Part shown: in pieces, positions 38,814 to 49,870 of the stretch | How the letters are laid out: each line of letters opens with the position of its first letter | How positions within the stretch are numbered: position 1 is the first letter of the stretch | From: Octopus vulgaris | Taxonomy: Eukaryota | Length of the DNA: 64,000 bases | Reading direction: 5' to 3' | Assembly (NCBI GenBank): GCA_951406725.2 | Contig: OX597828.1 | Coordinates: 43,214,001 to 43,278,000, forward strand | Program-made: the position numbers and the translations under genes | Notes under the pieces: model-generated | Database searches by the model: none | What the model saw: only the letters and a program-made list of their open reading frames with translations | What the model was told of the DNA's origin: nothing

Positions 38814-40334
38814 ATGGAGAAAATACTGATCAATTCATCAATGAAGGATGTACCTATCCCTACCAAAGACCATTACACTAAAGAACTAATTTATAGAATG
38901 AATGAATTCATCCATAGGATCAGATGGAGGATTTTCCACCATGAGAACTATAATAATAAAATAAACCAACAACACACTGGGGAAACGATCCGTAATGGAA
39001 TTGGAAGCACCTATGAAGAAATATTAAAACTAACAGGCACTACATTTAAATCTAGAAAGTCTCCTCCACCAAATATACATCTAGACAATTTTGAACAAGA
39101 ACTATGGGAGACTGTAAAAAACATAAAATTTAGAAATCATCCTTTAAGATATAACCCGCACCAAAGAGAATTGAAAGACTTAATTAGAACTCTCAAAGGT
39201 AAGAGCGGCATTCTAACACATTCTGACAAAACCAACAACATCTACAACATTGACATTACTGCATATCATGATCTTCTACACAAGGAAATAACCAAGAAAT
39301 ACAAAGTAGTACCTTCTAGTACACTTAGAAAACTGAACCTGGAGATCAGAGAAATCATATTTGACTACTACCTAGAAGAAAAAACGGAACCCTACACCCC
39401 ATCCAAACCGAGAATTACACTAAAGGATCATAAAGAGAATTTTCTTGGAAACACACAGGTCAGATTAATTTGCCCCACTAAATCTGACTTAGGCAGACTA
39501 AGTAAACTCATTCTAGATAAATATCTACCCACCATCCGCAATAAAATCAAACTAAACCTTTGGAAGAATACTCAGGGTGCTTTGGATTGGTTTTCTACCA
39601 TTAAGGTCTGTGACAGTAACAACTTTAGCTATAATAGAAATAAATTTATACAATTCGATATACAGAATTATTACACTTCAATTAACCCTATTATATTAAA
39701 TAAGTCCTTAATTTTTGCTAGAAAACACACTAAATTAAGTATGGGGGAGATTAAGGTTATACTAACAGCCAGGAAAACTTTAATAGAGTTTGATAATAAA
39801 CTTTGGGCTAGAAAGGACACACCCAACTTGTTCGATATCACAATGGGATCGCCGGACTCAGCGGAGGTGACTGATCTAGTTGGGATGTATCTATTAGATA
39901 ACTTTAGTAGGGAATTCCCTGAATTAAAAGGTGGATTATACAGGGATGACGCCTTATTTTGTGTTAGGAATACATCAAATAGGAGATTAGATCTTCTGAA
40001 AAAAAGAATAAATAAATTTTTTAAAAGCTTCGGCCTATCTATTATCATTGAAAGTGAAAATTATTCTGCTAATTATTTAGATGTTAATTGTAACATTACT
40101 AATGGTTTACATGAACCCTATATTAAACCTAATTCTAACCTAATATACATTAACCGTTCTAGTAATCACCCCCCTCAAATTAAAAATGCACTAGTGCGTA
40201 GCATTAGTCAGAGAATTTCTAGTTTATCCTCAAACGAGGAAATTTTTAACAAACACTGTGATAGATACAATGTAGCATTACTTAAGGCAGGATATAAAAG
40301 TAAGATTTGGTTTATACCTAAGGGGAACCCCTAA
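38814..40334 (+). CDS. PLE reverse transcriptase (N-terminal part of the RT-EN polyprotein; ends at frameshift)
   Basis: First ATG at 38814. Motifs SMKDVPIP, FIHRIRWR, SDKT (PLE DKG/DKT), VRLICP, FIQFDIQNYY (motif A), FDITMGS (motif B), LYRDD (motif C), NYLDV, and thumb SNHPP. Confidence 0.93.
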   Translation: MEKILINSSMKDVPIPTKDHYTKELIYRMNEFIHRIRWRIFHHENYNNKINQQHTGETIRNGIGSTYEEILKLTGTTFKSRKSPPPNIHLDNFEQELWETVKNIKFRNHPLRYNPHQRELKDLIRTLKGKSGILTHSDKTNNIYNIDITAYHDLLHKEITKKYKVVPSSTLRKLNLEIREIIFDYYLEEKTEPYTPSKPRITLKDHKENFLGNTQVRLICPTKSDLGRLSKLILDKYLPTIRNKIKLNLWKNTQGALDWFSTIKVCDSNNFSYNRNKFIQFDIQNYYTSINPIILNKSLIFARKHTKLSMGEIKVILTARKTLIEFDNKLWARKDTPNLFDITMGSPDSAEVTDLVGMYLLDNFSREFPELKGGLYRDDALFCVRNTSNRRLDLLKKRINKFFKSFGLSIIIESENYSANYLDVNCNITNGLHEPYIKPNSNLIYINRSSNHPPQIKNALVRSISQRISSLSSNEEIFNKHCDRYNVALLKAGYKSKIWFIPKGNP

Positions 40335-41655
40335 TGGAGGTAGAACTATCAGGAACAACACAAATAGATTTAGGATAATCAACAATATACATAAGAATAG
40401 TAAAAATAGAATATATGATAACACCTATAATAAATGTAGAAGTGACGTTAACCTTGGAAAGGTGAACGGTAGCTCAAATAGATCTAAGCATACGGGTAAT
40501 AGTAGTAATATTAATAATAATATACGAATTAAAACTTATGGTAGACATGATAATGGTAAAGTTTACTTGCGCAATAACCATGGTAATATTGATATAGATA
40601 GATATAATAATAACAGTGGTAAGAATAGCAATCCTATGAGTTGGTCTACGAATAGGATTTTTACAAATAACATTAATTCTATAGGCAATCCTAATTCTGA
40701 TAAGGATACTCTTTGGTTGATTATCCCGTATGCAATGCAGATTAAAACAAACATAGTGAGAGCTTTGCATAATGTTATTTTTAGGCATTTTGGTAAGGAT
40801 AGGAATAAATTTAGTCCTTTAATTAACAACGGTACTGTTAGAGTGGGATATAGCATTACTCATAATCTAGCCACCATTATCTCCTCTTTTAATAACAAGA
40901 AACTGGATCACTTCTATAAGGATAGAAAATTGAATTTAGACCAGGAAAACTTGCCCCTCTTCATTAATAATAGGAATAGAAATTTTCTTGGAACAAATGG
41001 GAACTACCTCCTTACTAATAATGAGTGCACCATACCTGTCAGAGATAATATAAATGTAATAGATCATACTACTACTACCAATACTAGTACTAGTGATAGG
41101 AATATAGCCGATAATGTGAAATTAACTCATTCGTTGATTTTGGGTTTGGATGATGATAACAATTGTAACACTTATAATGTGAATAGTAGTATAGGGGTGG
41201 TGTCCAATCTTAGATTTCCTCATTCTGTTAATCTTTGTAATTGCAGAAATAAAAATAAATGTGTATTTGGTAATCAATGCCTCAGGAAGGAGGTAGTTTA
41301 CCAATGCACTGTAGATACACAATTGAGTAGTAGGGTGTATATCGGGGCAACTATGAATAGCATAAAACAAAGATGGAATTATCACAAATATACTTTTAGG
41401 AATAAAAATAGAATGTACTCTACAGGGCTAAGTGCATACATTTGGGAACTTAAAAGTAAGAACTTAGATTTTAGATTAAACTGGAAAATACTAACTTCAG
41501 CACCTGTGTATAATGGAAAAAATAAAAAATGCTCTCTATGTATTAATGAAATTTTCTTCATTATTAAAGCGGGTCGGCAAATTATTAACAACATTAATGA
41601 GAAAAACTTCTTTTGTATTCATAGGCTACCGTTCACCTTTTCTAGATTCAAATAG
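40330..41655 (+). CDS. PLE C-terminal part: Asn-rich linker, Zn-knuckle and GIY-YIG endonuclease (+1 frame relative to RT)
   Basis: Frame is open from 40330, before the listed 40462 start. Motifs CNCRNKNKC..GNQC, VVYQC...VYIGAT, KQRWNYH, CSLCINE and terminal CIHR are typical of a PLE GIY-YIG with a CCHH motif. Confidence 0.92.
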   Translation, partial: PNGGRTIRNNTNRFRIINNIHKNSKNRIYDNTYNKCRSDVNLGKVNGSSNRSKHTGNSSNINNNIRIKTYGRHDNGKVYLRNNHGNIDIDRYNNNSGKNSNPMSWSTNRIFTNNINSIGNPNSDKDTLWLIIPYAMQIKTNIVRALHNVIFRHFGKDRNKFSPLINNGTVRVGYSITHNLATIISSFNNKKLDHFYKDRKLNLDQENLPLFINNRNRNFLGTNGNYLLTNNECTIPVRDNINVIDHTTTTNTSTSDRNIADNVKLTHSLILGLDDDNNCNTYNVNSSIGVVSNLRFPHSVNLCNCRNKNKCVFGNQCLRKEVVYQCTVDTQLSSRVYIGATMNSIKQRWNYHKYTFRNKNRMYSTGLSAYIWELKSKNLDFRLNWKILTSAPVYNGKNKKCSLCINEIFFIIKAGRQIINNINEKNFFCIHRLPFTFSRFK

Positions 41656-43115
41656 AACTTAGCACTTCCACTATTATTAAATTTTTTAATTCCCTTCTTT
41701 AACTAAATATACCTGTGGTCTTCTATAATTCTAAAGTATACAATTTATAAATTTCATAATTTTATAATTTTTATAGCTACATTTGTATAATAATTAATGG
41801 ATTGTGTCTAGTATTATTGGTTTTTTGGTTTTTGTATGTGGGTTTTTGTTTGTTTTTTTTTTTAAGAGAAATGCAATATGACATAAAATAACATATTCAT
41901 TTTGGTATTTGCCTTGTAATGTGTGATTTTTGAAGTTTTCCAATATTGCATAGTATATTGCATAGTATATATGTATATCTTGGTTAGATACCTAGCTCTA
42001 GATAATGTAATGATATTGTATAATATGTAATATATGAGAGCCTTTTGTGAGTTTGGTGGGTTTAGGTTGAGATTATAGGTTTTTTGTATGTGTTTATTTG
42101 GAAGGTTTTTATTATATATTTGGTCTTTTTGTACTCACCTTAATTTGTATCTTATGCTATTCACTGATAAACCTTTTTCTTTTTTTCATTTACTCATTTA
42201 CATGCATTTTGCTTTATAATTGTTACCAGCCTCATATATTTAGTTTATATCTATAGTCCTCTGGATTTGTACTTTAAACTATCCTTCCATACATATTTAC
42301 TTTCAACAATATAAAATATATATATTCACTTTATTTATTTTTATTTATTTCCCATTTTATTGTAATATTATCAATCTTTGCATCTAGTCTTCTATTCATT
42401 TATTTATTTGCCTATTTAAGTGTAGATGTTTACATACATATCAAGTCATCTAATTTGTTACCTATTTATTTTTTACTTATTTACTTATACTGGTGTAGTT
42501 TTATACATACATATCTATCATTTATTTTTATTTAATTTTAATAATATATGAATACATATATACTAGTTTGTACTTATAATTATGTGTATAACCGTATTTA
42601 TTCCTTCGTATTTATTCCTTTTTATTTATTTTATCTCTTTTCATCTTAAGTCTTTATAATATAAAATTTATTTAAAATTTCTGTGATGTTCTCATAAACG
42701 TTTACATTAATACTTCTCCTTCTATTCTTTAATGCCTAAACTGGTATATTATGGCACTATATTTATTAAGTTAATAAGTGACTTATTTATAATATTTAAA
42801 TTAATATATATCTTATATTTTATATTTTATAATTTAGCGTACTTAAAATCATAACAAACTTACGATAAACCTAACAACCGTATGTTTACTCTGCAACAAA
42901 CCGGTGTTATAAATTTTAAGTTACCCATGAAATAATTATCTGAATTAGTAACATACTGATATTTAAAAATATATTTATATCTAAATTAAATATTTTATAG
43001 AATGCATGGATGGTTCTTTTTTTGTTATTGAGGCTCAGTTATAATTTTGAAGGACTAAATGTTAGCATAGTTGCTTCCCTTTTTTGTTTATCTAAGTGCT
43101 AGTTGTTGCTTGTGA

Positions 43116-43390
43116 ATATGTATGTGTATAAGTGTATGTATATACATATAACTATGTGTGTATGTACGACTGATCTGTAGATGCGTGTGTGAATATTGGC
43201 GTTCCTTGACTAACCAACCGTATAATTTTCTTTTGTGATTTAAATTTCAAACCAATAGCCAATCGAATTAATCTAAATTTTCTTTACCTAGTGGTCAGCA
43301 TTTCTTATCTCATAGTTATTTCGATCTTGAAAGGATGGACTTGGTGCTAACTTAACTGTATCTATTTTTAGTATTTTTTTATTATTATTA

Positions 43391-43440
<50 letters not shown>

Positions 43441-44093
43441 AGTAATTTTTATTAACTTTTATAGCTTTAGAATTTTATGAACTGTACCACGGATTTAATT
43501 ATTATTTTTCATCTCCATATGTGTTAGCCCTTTTTTTTTATAAAAAAAACTATTAGCCAAATATGTATAATATCGGTACTTATTAATATTAATATATACA
43601 CTGTTATATATTTTGTTTTATTTTGTTCTGTTTACCTTCCTTTTTGTACAAATGTGTATTATATTATATAAGTGTAGCATTATGATGTATAAGTTTTTAT
43701 ATTTTACATTTTTATATTTTTATATTTATATGTATATGATTATATAATATTTTTCACTATTATAACAAATTTAATTTAATTCTCTGAAGAGGCCGTGGGG
43801 CATCCTTGTTAATGCCTCATTTATACCTGCCTTTATGGCTTATAGGTTAAATGAGGTATGACTGTCCTCACTGCCGAAACAGCTGTCAGTTTTGATTTAT
43901 TTGCATATTATATTTGAAATTTTTTACTTATATCTCTTTATCTTTTTACTTTTACTATTACTGTATATCTCATTTCATTTTATATATTGCCTTTACTCAT
44001 ATGTAATGGTGTATTAAAGTATGGATTGAGTATCATCGGATAGTTGATGTTTTACTGATTTAAGTATGTTTCTCCATTCTCTAATTTTGTAGT
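43116..44093 (+). repeat. 3' pseudo-LTR of the Penelope-like element
   Basis: Direct repeat of 37530-38501, ending ...TTTTGTAGT before (TA)n. Confidence 0.95.
43773..43898 (+). ncRNA. Type I hammerhead ribozyme with extended stem II (3' pLTR)
   Basis: Identical to 38181-38306; CTGAAGA at 43784 and GTC ending at 43887. Confidence 0.85.
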
Positions 44094-44163
44094 GTTATAT
44101 ATATATATATATATATTGATAGAATGAGAGATACCTATATATACATACAAATGTACGCATGTA

Positions 44164-44193
<30 letters not shown>

Positions 44194-44198
<5 letters not shown>

Positions 44199-44873
44199 TA
44201 AAATGAGATAGGCAAACTTCGTCCAGTTTCCGTCTATGAAATCCATGGGAATGGCTTTCGGCTTCTCGAAGCTAAAGTAGAGAACATTGGGTCATGGTGC
44301 CATGCAGCGGGACTGAACTCAGAACTATGTGGTTGAGAAGCAAACTGCCGCAACAATATTCGGCCTTGGGCTTGGGCTAAAAATGAGATAGGGGTTGTAA
44401 ATTCAACCCTCCATGGGATAACATATATCCAATATACTGCTAGAGAAGTACCCAACAAAGCTAATACATAAATGTTAAGAATTGCGATGCAATTAATTCA
44501 TTTACTGTATTAGGTGGGCAAAGGTAAAATTATTTTTACCATAAATTAATAATACAAAATAATACATTAGAATCTCCGAAGAGGCCGTAAGATATTTTTG
44601 TTAATGTCTCATTTATACCTGCAATATATGGCTAATATAGGTTAAATGAGACATACTTATCTGCATGGCCGAAACAGCTGTCAGTTATAATGTATATGTA
44701 TTTATATCTTTTTATATTTATTTAGTTATATCTCATTATAATGATTGTAATTATTGTACTGTATTAATGTCTAATCTTAATGCTCTTGTGTAGTGTTTTA
44801 ATAAAGTATGTGATTCGGTATTATCTGATAGTTGATGAATGATTTAGATATATTTCTCCATTTTCTTATTTTG

Positions 44874-44875
<2 letters not shown>
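44194..44875. mobile_element. Older PLE remnant with inverted (head-to-head) structure, interrupted by a SINE fragment
   Basis: 44380-44560 is the reverse complement of ~38490-38670. 44565-44875 is a sense pLTR end (HHR plus ATAAAGTATG..TTTCTCCATTTTC..TTGTA). AAAATGAGATAGG is duplicated at 44200 and 44380. Confidence 0.8.
44565..44692 (+). ncRNA. Diverged hammerhead ribozyme copy (core CCGAAGA, U4>C) from a related PLE subfamily
   Basis: CCGAAGA-GGCCGTAAGATA..ATGTCTCATTTA..TAAATGAGACAT..TATCTGCATGGCC-GAAACAGCTGTC, with pairing preserved despite substitutions. Confidence 0.75.
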
Positions 44876-44904
<29 letters not shown>

Positions 44905-45052
44905 GTATGTATATATAATGCACAGTTGACACATGCATACACAGACATAGATAAACATAAACACATGCACACACATATGTATGCGTGTATACACACACGC
45001 AACCGCACAAATACGTATATATCTGAAGAGGAGCACATGAAAAGGAGAGGTA

Positions 45053-45093
<41 letters not shown>

Positions 45094-45400
45094 GAAGAGA
45101 TTTAATTCCGCGCCCAAATGTTTTCGGGTACGGTTCTGGTGCACGATATTTTGGTTAAATGTCTTCTTCTGCTCTGACCTTAGATTGGCGAATAACCTCT
45201 GAAGGGAGTTTTGCAGGCAAATTGTGTAGCAACTATTGTTGAACAAACAAGTGCTTATACACACACACACACACACACATATATATATGTGTGTGTGTGT
45301 GTATTATATCTGTTTACATGAATCAGTATGTATATTTACATCCGTGTGTTAATGTGTATCTAAGCGTGGGACTAATTTCAATTCGCTCCCTTTTTTTCCA

Positions 45401-45707
45401 TTTCTTCTTCTCCCCCTTTTCAAGCCCAGCCAGGCTCATGGGCCCGGTTTCCTGGTTTCTGTGGCGTATGTGTCCATCCCAGCTGGACGGGACGCCAGTC
45501 CATCGCAGCGTTACTCAAGAAACAGGACAAGAGAGTGAGAGAAAGTTGTGGCGAAACAGGGGTCACCACCACCCCGTACCGGAGCCTCATGGAGCTTTTT
45601 AAGAGTTTTCACTCAATAAACACACACAACGCCCGGTCTGGGAATCGAAACTGCGATCCTCCGACCGCGAGTCCGCTGCCCTAACCACTGGGCCATTGCG
45701 CCTCCAC
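45401..45707 (-). mobile_element. SINE with family-B head and alternative 3' module
   Basis: Same tRNA head; 3' part CTGCGATGGACTGGCGTCCCGTCCAG..GAAACCGGGCCCATGAG. Confidence 0.88.
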
Positions 45708-46610
45708 TTTTTACCATTTACGCGACAGATAATATATATTATCGCCGTTGTTATCATCATTATCAGGATCATCATCGTGGTAGTGGTGGTCATCATCGTT
45801 ATCTCCATCATGATAATGACCATCGTCATCATCTTTGTCGTGACAATCGTCTCTCATTAGGCTGTCACTTGTTCATTGTTTTACTTACAACCTTTTAACC
45901 CGTACCTTTACTTTATATCTCTCTCTCTCTCTCTATCTCTCTCCCCTCGTTCTCACTCTGTCTATGTATCTGTCTTTCTCTCTATTTATCTATCCCTTCA
46001 TATAACTATTTATTTAGCTATTTTTCTTTTTATCTCTGGAGACCTATCCATTTAACTACATTAACCTACCGAAGTAGCTATACATCAATCTATCTATCTT
46101 CATCTGCCTATACACCCCTATTCTATCCAAGATTACTCCCACTCGCTTTTCTGCCTTTTACTCCAACCTTCTCTCTTTCTCTCTCTCTCTCTCCCCACTT
46201 TCTTCCTCTCTACCTACCTACGAACCTGCAAAGGTGTATGTAACTATCCAGGCTTGACTCCATGTTAAATCAATATATATGAGATCGTCTGTGCTAGTCA
46301 GGTGTTATTCTTAACAGCTAGAGAAAACAATTCCATGTCCGTCTGTTTGTCTTTCCGTCCTCCTCGAAGAATGTCTAGTTGTCAGCCTACTTATATCTCC
46401 TTTTCTTCAGTGTCCCCTTTTTCTTCCTTTCCTTTAGACACGCTTGATCTTATGCTATGTAACTAAACATACATTCTCATATATATCCTCTGTGTGTTTA
46501 TGTGTATGTAAACACATGTATGTTGTGTTTTAAGTTGTTATTTTAAGTCCGCTGTCCTTCTCGAAATTTACCTTTCTTCACTTTTTATGTATACAACAAG
46601 GTGTTTGACT

Positions 46611-47060
46611 TTTTTAGCCCAAGGCCGAATATTGTTGCGGCAGTTTGCTTCTCAACCACATGGCTCTGAGTTCAGTCCTGCTGCATGGCACCGAAACCAA
46701 ATGATCTCTACTTTAACCTCGAGAGGGCGAAAGCCATTTGCACGGATTTCAAAGACGGAAACTGGACGAAGTTTGCCGTGTGTGTTTTGTGTGTATATAT
46801 ATATATATATATACAAATTGAGATAGGGGTTGTAAATGCAACCCTCTATGGGATAACATATATATATTCTACTTATTATACAACATTACTCTTTTATGTA
46901 CATTCCTTTATGTACACTGATTTGTTCTACTTTTTATATTTAACCCTTTAATAAAGTATGTGATTGAGTATTATCTGGTAATTGATATTTGATTTAGATG
47001 TATTTCTCCATTTTCTTATCTTGTATATATATATAAGTATAATGTATGTATGTGTGTGTT

Positions 47061-47092
<32 letters not shown>

Positions 47093-47300
47093 CTTGTGCT
47101 TGTGCCCCCCCCCGACCGTATAATAACCGGTGTATGATTGTTTACATTCCCGTAACCTGGTGGTTCGACATGAGGAATCTATAAGATGAATAAGAGGTTT
47201 AAACGTAAATATAATATATTGGTGTCAACTCCTTAAACTAGACCCCTTCAGGGCGGTGCCTCAGCATTGACGTAGTCCCATGACTGAAACAAATGAAAGC
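46611..47300 (+). mobile_element. Old diverged SINE A, split by the PLE remnant
   Basis: 5' half 46611-46780; 3' half ~47050-47300 ending ATGACTGAAACAAATGAAAG. Confidence 0.7.
46815..47025. mobile_element. Short inverted PLE remnant inside the (TA)n of an old SINE
   Basis: Starts TGAGATAGGGGTTG..ATGGGATAACAT (antisense to ~38625-38665) and ends with the sense pLTR terminus ATAAAGTATGTGATTGAG..TTTCTCCATTTTC..TTGTA. Confidence 0.75.
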
Positions 47301-47451
47301 TGAAAGATAGTCGATTGAACTGAAGCCAAGAAAATTACTGGTACATATTAACTAAAAGTTTATTTACTACTCTTGGAAATGCGAATAAGGTAAAGTAAAA
47401 CCCAGCTGTGAACTGACAACATAAGGAAAATGAATCTGTACACGTGAAGCG

Positions 47452-47751
47452 GTGGAGGCACATGGCCTAGTGGTTAGCACAGCGGACTCGCGGTCGAGGG
47501 ATCGCGGGTTCGAATCTCAGATCGGGCGATGTGTGTGTTTATGAGCGAAACACCTAAGCTCCACGCGACTCCGGCAGAAGGTAATGGCGAACTTCTGCTG
47601 ACTTTTTTGCCACAACTTTTTCTCACTCTTTCCTCCTGCTGCATCTTGCAGCTCACCTGCGACGGACCGGCGTCCCATCCAGGTGGGGAAACTATACGCC
47701 AAGGAAACCGGGAAACCGGCCCTATGAGACAGGCATTGCTCGAGAAGGAAC
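47452..47751 (+). mobile_element. SINE with family-B-like head and alternative 3' module
   Basis: TGGCCTAGTGG and GGTTCGAATC boxes; CCTGCGACGGACCGGCGTCCCATCCAG..GGAAACCGGCCCTATGAG. Confidence 0.88.
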
Positions 47752-47958
47752 AGTGAGAGAGACATGAAGCAAATTTTTGCCATGGTGTGCGAATTTTGCC
47801 AAACCGTTTGCTTTGCTAATTCTTGTGTATATACTTTTGAATAAGAGGCTGTGTTTGCATGTACGTATGCTCCATTACAGAAGTGCAGAAAATAAGAGAG
47901 AAATACGTCAATTAGATTGATAGACTAGTTCACACAACAGTCAGCTAACGCGTGTATT

Positions 47959-48188
47959 ATTTCTCATTTCTTTATTGCCCACAAGGAGCTAAACATAGAG
48001 GGGACAAACAGGGACAGACACACGGATTAAGTCGATTATATCGACCCCAGTTACGCACTGGTACTTATTTAATCGACCCCGAAAGGATGAAAGGCAAAGT
48101 CGACCTCGGCGGAATTTGAACTCAGAACTTAGCAGCAGACGAAATACAACTAAGCATTTCGCCCGACGTGCTAACGTTTCTGCCAGCT
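47959..48188 (-). mobile_element. SINE family C
   Basis: Match to 7260-7488. Confidence 0.9.
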
Positions 48189-48845
48189 CTTCTCCCATTC
48201 TCCCTTTTGTTATCTTAACACCTTTGTAAAAGGGTATTTTACCCGAAAGTCCATGACTTTGAAATCATTTCTAAGGTAACATTCTAATATTTTGCTTGGA
48301 TTAAGGTTTAGTATTCCAGTTATATTGCAACTGCTATAGCCTAAATAACACAGGTTTTTTAGCATTATTTTATATAGTATCAGAATACTCTGTCTCTTTG
48401 TCTGTCTCTCTGCCTATCTGATTGTTCCTCTCCCTATCTCCCCTCTCTCTTTATCTTTTCGATAAAATGTTCTACGCAAACATTAAACTTAAGAAAGCAA
48501 ACTAACCCATTATTAGTCTATAATTCAAGCCATAATTTGTTTCTTGTTTGATGACCAACAGCCATAACTAGTTTTTATTCTACAACTTGCCGTCGCCGAT
48601 CAACAGTACTTGCTTTGCTTTCGTTTTAGTATTTCATTTTCATGTAAAAGTACCATGTTCTTTTTTCCTATAAAGCAACTTGTTAATAAAAAGAGCGGTT
48701 TTCTTGTGGAGAGAAACATCTGGTTTCAACGATCTTCGTTACTGAATCGCCATTGTTCTTTCTATGAATCTCACGTGTAACGAAAGAAACAGCTTAATCA
48801 TGGAAGATTTAAATTCAGGATGCAAAGGAACATAAGTAAATAGAC

Positions 48846-49238
48846 GTAGGAGTGGCTGTGACTGAACCACATGGATCCGGGTTCAGTCCCACTGCGAGGC
48901 ACCTTTGGCAAGTGTCTACTACTATAACCTCGGGCCGACCAAAGCCTTGTGAGTGGATTTGGTAGACGGAAACTGAAAGAAGCCTGACGTTTTTTTTCTC
49001 TCCTTATTTCTCTCCTTGTTTCTTTTCTGTGTATCTTTCTGTCGAAGAGCGTAGGCTCGAAACGTAAAAGACTTGTTTTATTTATGTTTCTGAGCGCCAT
49101 ACTAATACAATTGTTTGTTTGTATTCCACCTGCCTTCGTCTTTTGTTTATTTTCATAAAGCTTCCCGTTATATATATATGTGTATGTGTGTGTGTCTGTG
49201 TTTGTGTGTATGTGTTTGTCCCCCAACATCGCTTGACA
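48846..49238 (+). mobile_element. SINE family A, split by the minimal-HHR element
   Basis: 5' half to 48986; resumes with the TA/TG tract and CATCGCTTGACAA after 49170. Confidence 0.8.
48988..49170 (+). mobile_element. Solo pLTR-end fragment with minimal hammerhead variant (49034-49071), inserted in a SINE
   Basis: TCTTT-CTGTCGA-A-GAGC-GTAG-GCTC-GAAAC-GTA-AAAGA, matching the minimal PLE HHR architecture but with A6>U. Splits a SINE at its internal TA tract. Confidence 0.7.
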
Positions 49239-49296
49239 AAGATTTTTAGGTCAAAATTAACTTTTCTCGTTAAAAGGAGATAGGCAAAAGACACAC

Positions 49297-49331
<35 letters not shown>

Positions 49332-49430
49332 TATATATATATACATATTATAAATTATATATTGTATATATGTGTGCGCTTCATAAATGCACGTATATAT
49401 CATATTGTGAGTATACATAATATAAATCTG

Positions 49431-49541
<111 letters not shown>

Positions 49542-49542
49542 A

Positions 49543-49579
<37 letters not shown>

Positions 49580-49591
49580 GTATATATATAA

Positions 49592-49625
<34 letters not shown>

Positions 49626-49637
49626 CACACATATATA

Positions 49638-49694
<57 letters not shown>

Positions 49695-49768
49695 TAGATA
49701 GATAGATAGATAGATAGATCTGCATACATATATACTTAAATATATATATATATACATATGTATATACA

Positions 49769-49870
<102 letters not shown>

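Larger units (their letters stand above)
37530..44093 (+). mobile_element. Near full-length Penelope-like retroelement (GIY-YIG EN+, Naiad-like): pLTR - ORF - long AT-rich 3' UTR - pLTR
   Basis: RT and GIY-YIG coding region flanked by two ~975-bp direct repeats containing hammerhead motifs. Left end abuts the (TA)n of a SINE and right end abuts (TA)n. Confidence 0.95.

Noticed and set aside
39671-41594. Antisense ORFs over the PLE coding region
   Set aside because: Shadow ORFs of the sense frame.
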